A DNA stretch of 32,000 nt, from assembly GCA_025839675.1 (NCBI GenBank), contig CP104013.1, positions 2,760,001-2,792,000 on the forward strand. The letters run 5' to 3'. The notes beneath the pieces were generated by a model. The model did no database searches and was not told where the DNA came from. It saw nothing but the letters and a program-made list of their open reading frames with translations. Shown here in pieces: positions 1 to 8,391 of the stretch. Origin of the DNA: Candidatus Lokiarchaeum ossiferum. GTDB lineage: Archaea; Asgardarchaeota; Lokiarchaeia; Sigyniarchaeales; Promethearchaeaceae. A program made the position numbers and the translations under genes. Positions within the stretch are counted from its first letter, which is position 1. The number at the start of each line of letters is the position of its first letter.

Positions 1-59
1 CTAATATTGTCTGATGATTGCATCTTCCAATTATTTTCTAATTTAATCATTTTTTTCAT
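1..59 (-). CDS. 5' end of a CDS that runs off the left edge (19 codons visible: MKKMIKLENNWKMQSSDNI...); product unknown
   Basis: A minus-strand ATG at 57-59 opens a frame that stays open to position 1. It lies about 35 nt downstream of a copy of the palindrome/TATA module also found in front of the ABC operon. Too short to name. Confidence 0.25.
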   Translation of the reverse strand, partial: MKKMIKLENNWKMQSSDNI

Positions 60-93
60 ACTTAAACCCCTTAAAATATCAATAGAAATTTTA

Positions 94-147
94 ACTACTT
101 TTAGTAGTAACTAGTGTTTTAATATTTATTAAATATTGGTATAATTG
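94..147 (-). promoter_or_regulatory. Promoter/operator module copy A: palindrome ACTACTTTTAGTAGT (94-108, core TACT-N3-AGTA), a 27-nt spacer, then TTGGTATAATTG (136-147; TATA-like CAATTATACC on the minus strand)
   Basis: The 15-nt palindrome, the 12-nt box and the 27-nt spacing are all identical to 8392-8445. Read on the minus strand, the TATA-like box precedes the palindrome, which then sits about where a transcription start is expected. Confidence 0.55.
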
Positions 148-341
148 GAATCTCAAAAAAAAAATCATCCCACATTTTGTATTTAGAATGAAGATTCAAC
201 GTGATAAACTGGGTGTATTGAAGTTTAAGTTAATTCTAAGCCATATTTTTAGAATAAGAAGCAGCTCATAGATTTTTTGAAATTAAGAATAAAATTTAAA
301 ACTCAATTCCACCCCAACTTAATAATTTAGGCTAAACGTGG

Positions 342-392
342 AAAAATTGAAAAAAGTTGGGGGACTAAGAGAAGAAATAACTCTTCTCTTAG
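342..392 (-). terminator. Candidate terminator of the ABC operon: 11-bp perfect hairpin (365-375/382-392, 6-nt loop) followed on the minus strand by T6 and T5 runs
   Basis: CTAAGAGAAGA-AATAAC-TCTTCTCTTAG is seen directly. It lies 92 nt past the stop of the last operon gene (484). A-runs at 350-355 and 342-346 give oligo-T on the transcribed strand. Confidence 0.4.
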
Positions 393-483
393 AAGGGGTT
401 AGTAAAACATTAAAAAAACAATTGGTTTGGTTAATTATTTTTAACAAAATATTCCTTAAATATCTTTGCAAATCACACTACTC

Positions 484-1524
484 TTAGTGGTCTATCAAAA
501 TTTTTATCAACTTTTTTTGATCAAAAGAAAGTCTTTCCCATGACCAAAAAATAAATCCATAAGAAGGATTTTTAGAGCTCTCTTTAATATATTTTCTAAA
601 ATAATTGTTACTTATTTCATCTTCTAAATAGCACCTTGAAACTTGAATACTCGGTATTACTTTACTTTTCGTTGTATTATAAATATCATTGACAACAGAA
701 GCAATCCAAGATGGTTTTTGTTTTATCATATGGGCGTAAGTCATCGGTGAGAGAAAATCTGCAATTTGAGCCAATTCTTTTAAATCTTGTCCAACTACTA
801 CTTTAAGTGCTTGATTAAAGTCTTTTTGCTGCCATGGCACAACATGAATGTTTATTAATATAGATGGATTGATCTTTTTTATTTCTTCAACCATTTCCTT
901 GACCATCGATGTGATCAGCTCAGATTTCCATCTTATCCATTCTTTCTTTTTATATTTCATAATCCATTTATAATATTCATTAGGACTTTTTGCAGGTATT
1001 TGCCCATCAATTAATTCTTGAAATGTTTTCATGCAATTGTCACAAAAACAGGTGTTTGGTAAAGATTCAGGACTTGTATTGGGATATACTTTCTCCCAAA
1101 AAATAAAATGTCGAATAAAATCAATGCTTACTCCATCTGGTTGATATTTTTGGACCCATTTTTTCAACTGTTCAATTTTTAATTTCCGGAAATCCAAGCG
1201 TGAAGGGCAAACAAATTCCACCCATTCCGTTTTAGCAATATTACCATTCTTCTGAATTGCATAATGACTAGGATTTTGTTCTAAAAATTCTGGAGAATAA
1301 AAGGTAGGGAAGAGGAGAAAGCGTTTTATTTGATTTTTTTTGGCGAGACGACAAAAATCAGGGTTTTCATTTAGCTTTTTTGAAGCAATTACCACATTTA
1401 TATGGATATCTTTTAATTCATCGAAAAGGGTTAATAAATCACCATTATGTTCATAGATTTTAACCCCTACAATAAAACCATCGAGAAAATGCAAATCATC
1501 CACAAGATTCACCAATAAAGACAT
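484..1524 (-). CDS. Glycoside-hydrolase-like TIM-barrel protein (GH42/GHL6-like, with a Cys cluster)
   Basis: The ORF track gives 484..1575. I trim the start to the ATG at 1524 (MSLLVNLVDD...), 10 nt after the upstream ATPase stop, because the longer form would overlap that gene by 41 nt. The Cys cluster VCPSR...CFCDNC (C-x-C-x-x-C) is what I recall as the zinc site of GH42 beta-galactosidases and GHL6-type putative glycosidases. This is a family-level call only. Confidence 0.5.
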   Translation of the reverse strand: MSLLVNLVDDLHFLDGFIVGVKIYEHNGDLLTLFDELKDIHINVVIASKKLNENPDFCRLAKKNQIKRFLLFPTFYSPEFLEQNPSHYAIQKNGNIAKTEWVEFVCPSRLDFRKLKIEQLKKWVQKYQPDGVSIDFIRHFIFWEKVYPNTSPESLPNTCFCDNCMKTFQELIDGQIPAKSPNEYYKWIMKYKKKEWIRWKSELITSMVKEMVEEIKKINPSILINIHVVPWQQKDFNQALKVVVGQDLKELAQIADFLSPMTYAHMIKQKPSWIASVVNDIYNTTKSKVIPSIQVSRCYLEDEISNNYFRKYIKESSKNPSYGFIFWSWERLSFDQKKLIKILIDH

Positions 1525-1534
1525 CAAAAAAAAA

Positions 1535-2335
1535 TTAGGAATTCCATTTCCGATACAAACTAGGGACACTTGCAAGCAAATTTTGAGTATATTTATGCTG
1601 CGGATTTAAGAAAACTTGTTTGGTTGGACCTTGTTCGACTAAAAATCCATTCTCCATGACGATCACTCTATCCGAAATAAATTGAGCTTGACCAATATCA
1701 TGGGTGATGAATACAATGGAAATATCAATCTCTTTTCGCAAACGTTTTAAAAGGTTTAGAATCTCGGCTCTTGCACATGCATCAACCATACTAGTAGGTT
1801 CATCGGCAATCAAAATTTTTGGTTCAATGATCAAAATTCTTGCGAGTAGAAATCTCTGGAGCTGCCCACCACTCAGTTGATGAGGATAACGACCGAGTAC
1901 TTCATCAGGATTTAGGCTTACTAGTTTTAAGGAATCTTGAATTTTTTTTAGCCGTTCTCCTTTTGAAATCTTTTTCCCAAAATGAAAATCTACTGCTTGA
2001 TTTAGCACTCGATCAACTTTGAAGAAATAATTGAAAGAACTGAAAGGATCTTGAAAAACCATTTGAACTTGATTATAATAATCATTAAGAGAATATTCAG
2101 AAATCTCTGTCCCACTCACAAATATTCTTCCACTTGTCGAATCTAATATTCTAAGAATCATATTTGCAATAGTTGATTTGCCGCTTCCACTCTCCCCCAC
2201 TAAAGATAAAATTTCACCCTTTTTGATATCAAATGAAATATCATTTACCGCGGTGGTTTTAGTCACCTTGATTAATCCTGAAGTATAGATTTTGCTAACT
2301 TGCTGTAAACTTAATATAATATCATCTGAATCCAT
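1535..2335 (-). CDS. ABC transporter ATP-binding protein, OppF/DppF type
   Basis: Walker A GESGSGKST, signature LSGGQLQR, Walker B ILIADEPTS, H-loop FITHD. There is a 3-nt gap to the upstream ATPase gene. Confidence 0.9.
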   Translation of the reverse strand: MDSDDIILSLQQVSKIYTSGLIKVTKTTAVNDISFDIKKGEILSLVGESGSGKSTIANMILRILDSTSGRIFVSGTEISEYSLNDYYNQVQMVFQDPFSSFNYFFKVDRVLNQAVDFHFGKKISKGERLKKIQDSLKLVSLNPDEVLGRYPHQLSGGQLQRFLLARILIIEPKILIADEPTSMVDACARAEILNLLKRLRKEIDISIVFITHDIGQAQFISDRVIVMENGFLVEQGPTKQVFLNPQHKYTQNLLASVPSLYRKWNS

Positions 2336-2338
2336 GAA

Positions 2339-3916
2339 TTATGCTTCCTCCAATTTAACTTCAAGTTGATCATCATATAACCAACATTTCACAGGATGGT
2401 CCTTTCCATTTGGATAATAAGAATTCGGTATCTTTTCTCTACATATATCCATCACCTTTGGACAGCGAGGGTGGAATCGACATCCACTTGGAGGGTCTCG
2501 TAAATCAGGAGGTCGACCTTCAATACGAGACAACTCTTTTTCTGTTGAGCCATCCGGATTAAAGGAGACAATCGCTCCAATTAAAGCTTGAGAATATGGA
2601 TGTTTTGGGTTATTAATTATTGTATCCATGTCAGCATCTTCAACGATTTCTCCTCCATACATGATAATACAACGTGTACATAATTGGCGTAAAGTTGGGA
2701 TATCGTGAGATATAAACAACATAGATTCAACGATTTTGTCTTGTTTTAATTGAACAAATAAATCTAACAATTTTTTTTGAGTCGAAACATCGAGAGCGCT
2801 AGTTGGCTCATCAACAATTAATAATTTTGGATTCCACAATGTCGATATGGCAATAACTGTTCTTTGTTTCATCCCTCCACTCAGCTCATGAGGATAAAGA
2901 TCTAAAACTTTTGGATCCAATCCCAATTTCTCCAAATGAATTATTGCTTCTTGAAGAACTTCTTCATCAGATTTCAATGTATGAGGAGGTAACCCTGAAA
3001 TTGATTCTGGAAATAATATTCCCCAATTAGGATTTATTCTAACGATATCTTGATTTGCAAATACCATTTTAAGCATAGGATCAATCGCTGGTTGAAGTTT
3101 TTTATATATTTTCCGATTAATCGAAATGTGAAGCATTTTGATAAAATCTTCTTCAATTTCCCACTGCTTAAGATTGTTAATACTATTCAATAACAGATCA
3201 TGGATTACTGTTGCGTTAGTTGTTTTTATTAAATTAGTTAGAAATGCCGAGAGTTCTTCGTCTTCTTCAAGATTAATTTTCATGGCCATTTTATTCTGAA
3301 TATGAGAAGGAACTTTATCCTTCATTATTTTAAATGAATGAAAGTCAAGGTCTTTCTCAAAAATCTTGGTTAAGAAGAGTGAAAACTCATAGGTAGGATT
3401 TTTAGCGATTTGGGAATATCTTAAAAATAGCTCTATGAAATTATGAATTTCTGAGTCTTGAATACCGATTGCATCTTTATTTTTAATACCTTCCAATATT
3501 AGCATATTACTTAATCGAATTTTTCTTCCAAGCCCCAATTGCTGCGCTGTTCTTTGTTTCATTACATCCAATAGAAATCTTTTGACTTTGAGAACAGGAT
3601 TAAGGGAATTCATAGATGCTTGGGGGGCATATCCTATAATTTGACTTAGTACTTCGGATCTTAATATATTTTGATCGATTCGATAAATATCATATCCCTT
3701 AACTTCAATAAGTCCGCTATCGCAATGTAAAAGAGGACGAGGCATCCCTGAGACTAATTCAGCTAAAGTAGATTTTCCCGAACCTGATTCTCCAGCAATA
3801 CCTATAACTTCCCCACTTTTTACTTTAAACGAAACATCATTTACAGCATAAACTTTTCCGAAAGAACCTTTATAGCATCCAACGAGTTTATTTACATTTA
3901 ATATTTCTTGTACCAT
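2339..3916 (-). CDS. ABC transporter ATP-binding protein, OppD/DppD type, carrying a ~195-aa insertion between the Q-loop and the signature motif
   Basis: Walker A GESGSGKST, Q-loop GYAPQ, signature LSGGMKQR, Walker B LLIVDEPTS, H-loop FISHD, and a Cys-rich Opp/Dpp C-terminal tail (CRFHPRCP..C..C). I moved the start to the ATG at 3916 (MVQEILNV...), 10 nt after the permease stop. The track's longer form overlaps the permease gene. Confidence 0.9.
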   Translation of the reverse strand: MVQEILNVNKLVGCYKGSFGKVYAVNDVSFKVKSGEVIGIAGESGSGKSTLAELVSGMPRPLLHCDSGLIEVKGYDIYRIDQNILRSEVLSQIIGYAPQASMNSLNPVLKVKRFLLDVMKQRTAQQLGLGRKIRLSNMLILEGIKNKDAIGIQDSEIHNFIELFLRYSQIAKNPTYEFSLFLTKIFEKDLDFHSFKIMKDKVPSHIQNKMAMKINLEEDEELSAFLTNLIKTTNATVIHDLLLNSINNLKQWEIEEDFIKMLHISINRKIYKKLQPAIDPMLKMVFANQDIVRINPNWGILFPESISGLPPHTLKSDEEVLQEAIIHLEKLGLDPKVLDLYPHELSGGMKQRTVIAISTLWNPKLLIVDEPTSALDVSTQKKLLDLFVQLKQDKIVESMLFISHDIPTLRQLCTRCIIMYGGEIVEDADMDTIINNPKHPYSQALIGAIVSFNPDGSTEKELSRIEGRPPDLRDPPSGCRFHPRCPKVMDICREKIPNSYYPNGKDHPVKCWLYDDQLEVKLEEA

Positions 3917-3926
3917 TACATACCAC

Positions 3927-4916
3927 CTATGATTCCCGCAATCGGGGATTAAAAATATCCTGCCAATTTGTATTAATAACATACATCAACACCAGGAATG
4001 AAGTCAAAAACAATCCAGTAGGGATCCATAAATGAAAATATCCAGGAGTGACATGACTTACTCGATCAACATCCAACATTCTTCCCAATGTCCAATTTTC
4101 TGTTTGTCCAATTCCAATAATAGCAATTCCTGCTTCGGTGAGAATTGCAACATTAATCAGAATTGTAAAAACTAAGAAAATATATGAAAACATATTAGGT
4201 AATACATCGACGAATGCAATTTTTATTGGATGTTGTCCAGTAATTCTTGAAATTTTAACAAAATCTCGCTCTTTCAAAGAAAGAACTTGTGATCTAATGG
4301 AACGAGCAGCCCAAGGCCAATTGAAGAGTGCAATAACTAAGACAATATGCCATGTTTTTGTTGTTTGGAATGTAGTACTTAATAAAATAATAAAAGGAAT
4401 AACTGGAAAAACAAGAAAGATGTTGGTTATTAAAACCAATGCATCATCAACAATTCCCCCTATAAATGGTCCAATTATACCGATTAGAACTGCAAGAACA
4501 ACACATAATAAACCAGCAATAATCCCAATAATTAGGGAATTTTTCAAAGCATGCACTAAAATTGTAAACCAACTTTTGCCTTCTCCATTAGTTCCCAAGG
4601 GTAAATCGCTAAATTGCATGTAAGGAGTTCCATACAAAGGACTTTTTCGATAAAGAAATTCCAACCATGCAGGATACGAAAGATTTGTTCCGAGTTCTCC
4701 ATCAGATTTTTGGATATAAATAAAATCTGGATCATTCCAAATAACTGATCCTACAAATCCCAATAGAAGATAGCCTATGAGTATAATTAGAGGTATAATT
4801 TTTGCTCTATTTTTTTTCCAGAATATACTAAAACGTTTCTGTTTTTCTTCAATAACTAAATTTGTTTCTTCTAGAGTTAAAGTGGAATTCAGTGATTTTT
4901 TACTAACTTGTGCCAT
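3927..4916 (-). CDS. ABC transporter permease, OppC/DppC type
   Basis: Multiple hydrophobic helices. The conserved cytoplasmic loop region SLKERDFVKISRITGQHPIKIAFVDVLPN resembles the EAA loop of DppC/OppC. Its start codon overlaps the stop of the upstream permease gene by 1 nt. Confidence 0.85.
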   Translation of the reverse strand: MAQVSKKSLNSTLTLEETNLVIEEKQKRFSIFWKKNRAKIIPLIILIGYLLLGFVGSVIWNDPDFIYIQKSDGELGTNLSYPAWLEFLYRKSPLYGTPYMQFSDLPLGTNGEGKSWFTILVHALKNSLIIGIIAGLLCVVLAVLIGIIGPFIGGIVDDALVLITNIFLVFPVIPFIILLSTTFQTTKTWHIVLVIALFNWPWAARSIRSQVLSLKERDFVKISRITGQHPIKIAFVDVLPNMFSYIFLVFTILINVAILTEAGIAIIGIGQTENWTLGRMLDVDRVSHVTPGYFHLWIPTGLFLTSFLVLMYVINTNWQDIFNPRLRES

Positions 4917-6049
4917 TAATCATTACCTCCAGTTATTCTAATTCTTGGATCGATGAATCCGTATAATATATCAATTAAGAAATTCCCAAAAACAACAATA
5001 ATAATGTTTACTACAAAAGTACCGACCATCAAAGTATAATTCAGTGAAGACATTGCGTTAATAGAAAGAGCGCCTAAACCAGGCCATGCAAAAACATATT
5101 CAATTATGAAAGTTGCACCTAAACATTCATTAAACCTTAGATTTAATCCCGTTAGTTGAGGTAACATTGCATTTCTGAGGGCATATTTACGTAATTTACT
5201 ATCTTCAAAACCCAATTTCCTACAATATAAGATATAATCAGATTCAGTTTCGTAAATCATCATAGATCTAGCTCCAGTAGCCCACCCTCCAGAAAAGCAG
5301 AGAGTTAATAATACAATAATCATAAAATACATTCCCAAGGTATCTACAAATGGTGTTGTAATTGATGGAGGGGTCAATGGAATTGGCCCTTTCGTTATAA
5401 AAATATATTGAAAGATGTATGCCGTCCAGAAATAAGGAGCAGATTGAAGGAATACGAATAAATAATAAATGCGCATGCTAAATTTTGATTGACGATATCC
5501 TGCCCAAGCACCGACATTATTACCAATCAAGAAACTTCCAGCAACAACTGGAATTACAACGAGCAAACTATAAATCAATCTTGGACCGATAACTTCTGTT
5601 ACTGGGGTTAATTCTTTATTGTAGGAAAAGCCTAAATTTCCTTGAAAGAAATCTCTCCAAAATAATAAATATTGCATAAAGAGAGATTTATCTAAATTTA
5701 AATAAGATTCCATTTCATGCTTTCTTACATCCCATGCAGCTAAAGCTTCTGGAGTAACCATACCTTGAGGGGGTCGAAGCAATTTTGCTAAAGGATCCCC
5801 AGGTAAAAGGCGAGGAATCAAGAATGCAATTGAAACAGTTATCCAAAATACAAATAAGTAAAAAACAGCCTTCTTCAGAATAAATTTAACATATGAATTA
5901 GAGAAAAATTCAGTAAAATAGCCCACAACACTTTTTTTTTTCTCAACTTCCTTAATTAGTAGTGTAGACTCAATGTCTAATGATGAAGAGGTGTTTTGAT
6001 CATACGAATTATGGTCGTTAGCACTTAAGTTTGATGCCATATCAATCAT
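4916..6049 (-). CDS. ABC transporter permease, OppB/DppB type
   Basis: Polytopic membrane protein. The loop DYILYCRKLGFEDSKLRKYALRNAMLPQLT resembles the DppB/OppB EAA region. An alternative ATG lies at 6040. Confidence 0.85.
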   Translation of the reverse strand: MIDMASNLSANDHNSYDQNTSSSLDIESTLLIKEVEKKKSVVGYFTEFFSNSYVKFILKKAVFYLFVFWITVSIAFLIPRLLPGDPLAKLLRPPQGMVTPEALAAWDVRKHEMESYLNLDKSLFMQYLLFWRDFFQGNLGFSYNKELTPVTEVIGPRLIYSLLVVIPVVAGSFLIGNNVGAWAGYRQSKFSMRIYYLFVFLQSAPYFWTAYIFQYIFITKGPIPLTPPSITTPFVDTLGMYFMIIVLLTLCFSGGWATGARSMMIYETESDYILYCRKLGFEDSKLRKYALRNAMLPQLTGLNLRFNECLGATFIIEYVFAWPGLGALSINAMSSLNYTLMVGTFVVNIIIVVFGNFLIDILYGFIDPRIRITGGND

Positions 6050-6261
6050 TTTTTTTTTTAATTAAAATTTATCAATTATGTGTGAAATTAGAGTGAAATA
6101 AAACCTTCTTTATCACTAAGATTATTTTCCATTCAAATTTTTTTTTTTTATAAACTCTGTTCATGAATCAAAGATGATATAATTTGATAATAAACCTATA
6201 CTTTCAAACTAACTATTGCCAAATTCTTCCAGAGTATTTTGAGAATTAAATAATCGAGAAG

Positions 6262-6293
6262 AAAAAAAAAAAGAGTAATAGATTCACATTACT
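6262..6293 (-). terminator. Hairpin plus T11 immediately after the substrate-binding-protein gene (attenuating or partial terminator)
   Basis: AGTAAT (6274-6279) pairs with ATTACT (6288-6293) across an 8-nt loop. It is followed on the minus strand by an 11-nt T run (A-run 6262-6272). It sits in the 249-nt gap between the SBP and permease genes. Confidence 0.45.
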
Positions 6294-6298
6294 TTAAC

Positions 6299-8281
6299 TT
6301 AATTTCGCTTTCGCATTTTCATTGTTTGAATAGCAGCTACAATGATTAGACCTGCGAATATTGAGAATCCAAAACCACTCCATGGAATACCTCCGGAGCT
6401 ACTTCCAGTAGATTTCAAACCTAAGTATAATCGTTGTTTTAATGCATATTTGTTGATACTATAGGAAGTTTGAGGATCTTGCCAATAATTATCTGCAGAA
6501 GGCCAGTTTTCCCAATTTTCAGTGTTGGTTAAGTACCAAAATCCATTAACATGTGAGACAATAGTTGGTTTTTCTTTAGCGAGTATTTCTTGCATGTTTG
6601 ACATGTAAGTTGCTCGATCTTCAGGAGCAGCTTGTGCATATGCAGTATAGTTTCCAGCAAAATCTGCACTTTCCCACCAAGAAGCATTATTCCATGGACG
6701 TGAGTATTCACCTTGCCATCCACTCATAATAGTGAAGGGGTTTTCTCCAATTTCAGGAGTACAACATTGCATGATCATATCAAAATCGCCTTCTTCGTCT
6801 TTTACAATCCAAACATTATCAAAATCGACTTCTTTCTTAACAGTTGTAATACCTAAAGCAGACATATCTGCAGCCCACATTGCAGTTGCAATTACTACAT
6901 CAGTCCAACCAGCAGGAACTAAGATTTCATAATCATCAACAGCTACTTGGAATCCAGTCATTTCAGGAATCATATCTGTTTCAGCGCCTAATTCACCTTG
7001 ATATTCAGCTGATACATTGGTATACCATGTTTCATCATTATAAGCAGAATATAGAGGTAAAGAAGTATTCAATTTGAAACAATGTTCATTCATTATTGCT
7101 AGAGCAGCGTCAAAATCATAATCAACACCATATTCTGCTTGAACATCAGCATCATATTCTGATAAATGGCTTGCAGATCTATTATCGATAACACCTTGTC
7201 GCGAACGACTCCAGTATCCACTAGCAGCAGCAGATGGAATTATATCGTAATTAATAGAGTAAGCAACCGCCTCCCGGAACCATAATTGATTGAAAGGAAA
7301 CTTCAAATGATTTGGGGCAATTTCAACGGTCGAACCAAGTCCTAAATAGAATTCTTCAAAGCTTCTTCCAAACCATGTTTCCAAATGTTCATTTGCAGCT
7401 AAAGCAGTCCAGACACTTGCGTAATATCCAGAGTGTAAGTCAACTTCACCGGTCAATATTGCAGTATCGGCAGCTGTATTATCAGAATAGGCTCGAAGTG
7501 CAACATATTTTGCATCAGGTGTTCCATCATATTCAGGAATATCCATATGAATTTTTTCTGCACCCCACCAGTCTTCTCGGTAAACAAAAATTTCTTCTTG
7601 GGCAGTCATATCTCGAGAATATGGAACATAAGGACCAGAGGTAACTTTCCAATCTTCATTAAAAGTTGCATCATGCCAATCATTAGTAAATTCAGAAGTT
7701 TCTAAAGCGCCAATATCAGTACTAGCGTTATAAAGCGAGTGGCAAATTTCAGTAAATACGTGTTGTGGAATAATTGGGATATCAGTGTGTAAATATTGTT
7801 CCATTTGGAAGTTATAATTGTTATTATCACTCATCGCAAAAACAACATCATTTCCAGAAACGGTGATACTATCCCAAAGATCAGACATTCCTTCCCAGCG
7901 AGATTGGGCAGCAGCTAGTTCGTAGCTGTACTTAACATCATTGGCATCAACAGCTTCTCCATCGGACCATTCAGCTTGATCAGTTACTGTGACTGTCAAT
8001 TCACTTCCATCAGCATTCCAGCTGTAGGTGGTACCTAAAACTGGAATTAACTTATCGGTTGCGCCGTTGAATCCAAATAAGGGTTCATATACGAGAGCAA
8101 TGCCGAATGATTGAGTAGGATCCCAAGGGTTCAAATTTTCGACAAAACTATCATATCCAGTACACCAAACAATTTCATTCCGTTCTGGAACAGCAGCAGT
8201 CGCGGAAGAGAATTGAATAGCCGTGGAGATGACAAATGTAAAAATTAGGAAGAACCCAATAGTTCTATTATTTTTTTTCAT
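6299..8281 (-). CDS. ABC transporter substrate-binding protein, family 5 (OppA/DppA class), with an N-terminal signal peptide and a C-terminal membrane anchor
   Basis: 660 aa. Signal-like N-terminus MKKNNRTIGFFLIFTFVISTAIQFSSATA. Acidic, Trp/Tyr-rich body of the size typical for family-5 SBPs. The tail is SSSGGIPWSGFGFSIFAGLIIVAAIQTMKMRKRN (Ser/Gly linker, GFG motif, TM helix, basic end). It is the first gene of the permease/ATPase operon. Confidence 0.8.
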   Translation of the reverse strand: MKKNNRTIGFFLIFTFVISTAIQFSSATAAVPERNEIVWCTGYDSFVENLNPWDPTQSFGIALVYEPLFGFNGATDKLIPVLGTTYSWNADGSELTVTVTDQAEWSDGEAVDANDVKYSYELAAAQSRWEGMSDLWDSITVSGNDVVFAMSDNNNYNFQMEQYLHTDIPIIPQHVFTEICHSLYNASTDIGALETSEFTNDWHDATFNEDWKVTSGPYVPYSRDMTAQEEIFVYREDWWGAEKIHMDIPEYDGTPDAKYVALRAYSDNTAADTAILTGEVDLHSGYYASVWTALAANEHLETWFGRSFEEFYLGLGSTVEIAPNHLKFPFNQLWFREAVAYSINYDIIPSAAASGYWSRSRQGVIDNRSASHLSEYDADVQAEYGVDYDFDAALAIMNEHCFKLNTSLPLYSAYNDETWYTNVSAEYQGELGAETDMIPEMTGFQVAVDDYEILVPAGWTDVVIATAMWAADMSALGITTVKKEVDFDNVWIVKDEEGDFDMIMQCCTPEIGENPFTIMSGWQGEYSRPWNNASWWESADFAGNYTAYAQAAPEDRATYMSNMQEILAKEKPTIVSHVNGFWYLTNTENWENWPSADNYWQDPQTSYSINKYALKQRLYLGLKSTGSSSGGIPWSGFGFSIFAGLIIVAAIQTMKMRKRN

Positions 8282-8342
8282 AATTGTTTCTCAACTCTTC
8301 ATTTTTTTATAAAAAAAAGTATCTCATTAGATAAAAATCAAC

Positions 8343-8353
8343 TACTTAGAGTA
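8343..8353. promoter_or_regulatory. Second TACT-N3-AGTA palindrome (TACTTAGAGTA) in the leader of the ABC operon
   Basis: Seen directly, 62 nt upstream of the SBP start codon (8281). It has the same half-sites as the 8394-8404 core. Confidence 0.4.
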
Positions 8354-8391
8354 CTCTTATTTTTTATTGATAGTAATTATTTAAAAAACTT

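Noticed and set aside
136-147. On the plus strand, TTGGTATAATTG (also at 8434-8445) reads as a textbook bacterial extended -10 element (TGnTATAAT).
   Set aside because: The rest of the window looks archaeal. At 136-147 no plus-strand gene follows, since the next 330 nt have no ORF. Both copies do have a minus-strand gene downstream. I therefore read it as a minus-strand TATA-like box. I cannot fully exclude a plus-strand promoter for the regulator gene at 8803.
484-1575. These are N-terminal extensions given by the ORF track for several genes: 484-1575, 2339-3982, 12795-13226, 13288-13842, 19240-20073 and 25660-26583.
   Set aside because: Each extension overlaps the neighbouring gene or begins at a non-ATG codon. 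In each case an internal ATG lies just before the conserved domain: 1524, 3916, 13205, 13764, 19384 and 25735. These starts are chosen by reasoning only and are not verified.
2969-3553. I considered whether the ~195-aa insertion in the OppD-type ATPase is an intein.
   Set aside because: I see no Cys/Ser at a plausible N-terminal junction followed by intein block A. There is no His-Asn plus Cys/Ser/Thr C-terminal junction near ...PPHTLKSDEE, and no LAGLIDADG or HNH homing-endonuclease motif. The composition is a K/E/I/L-rich helical segment.
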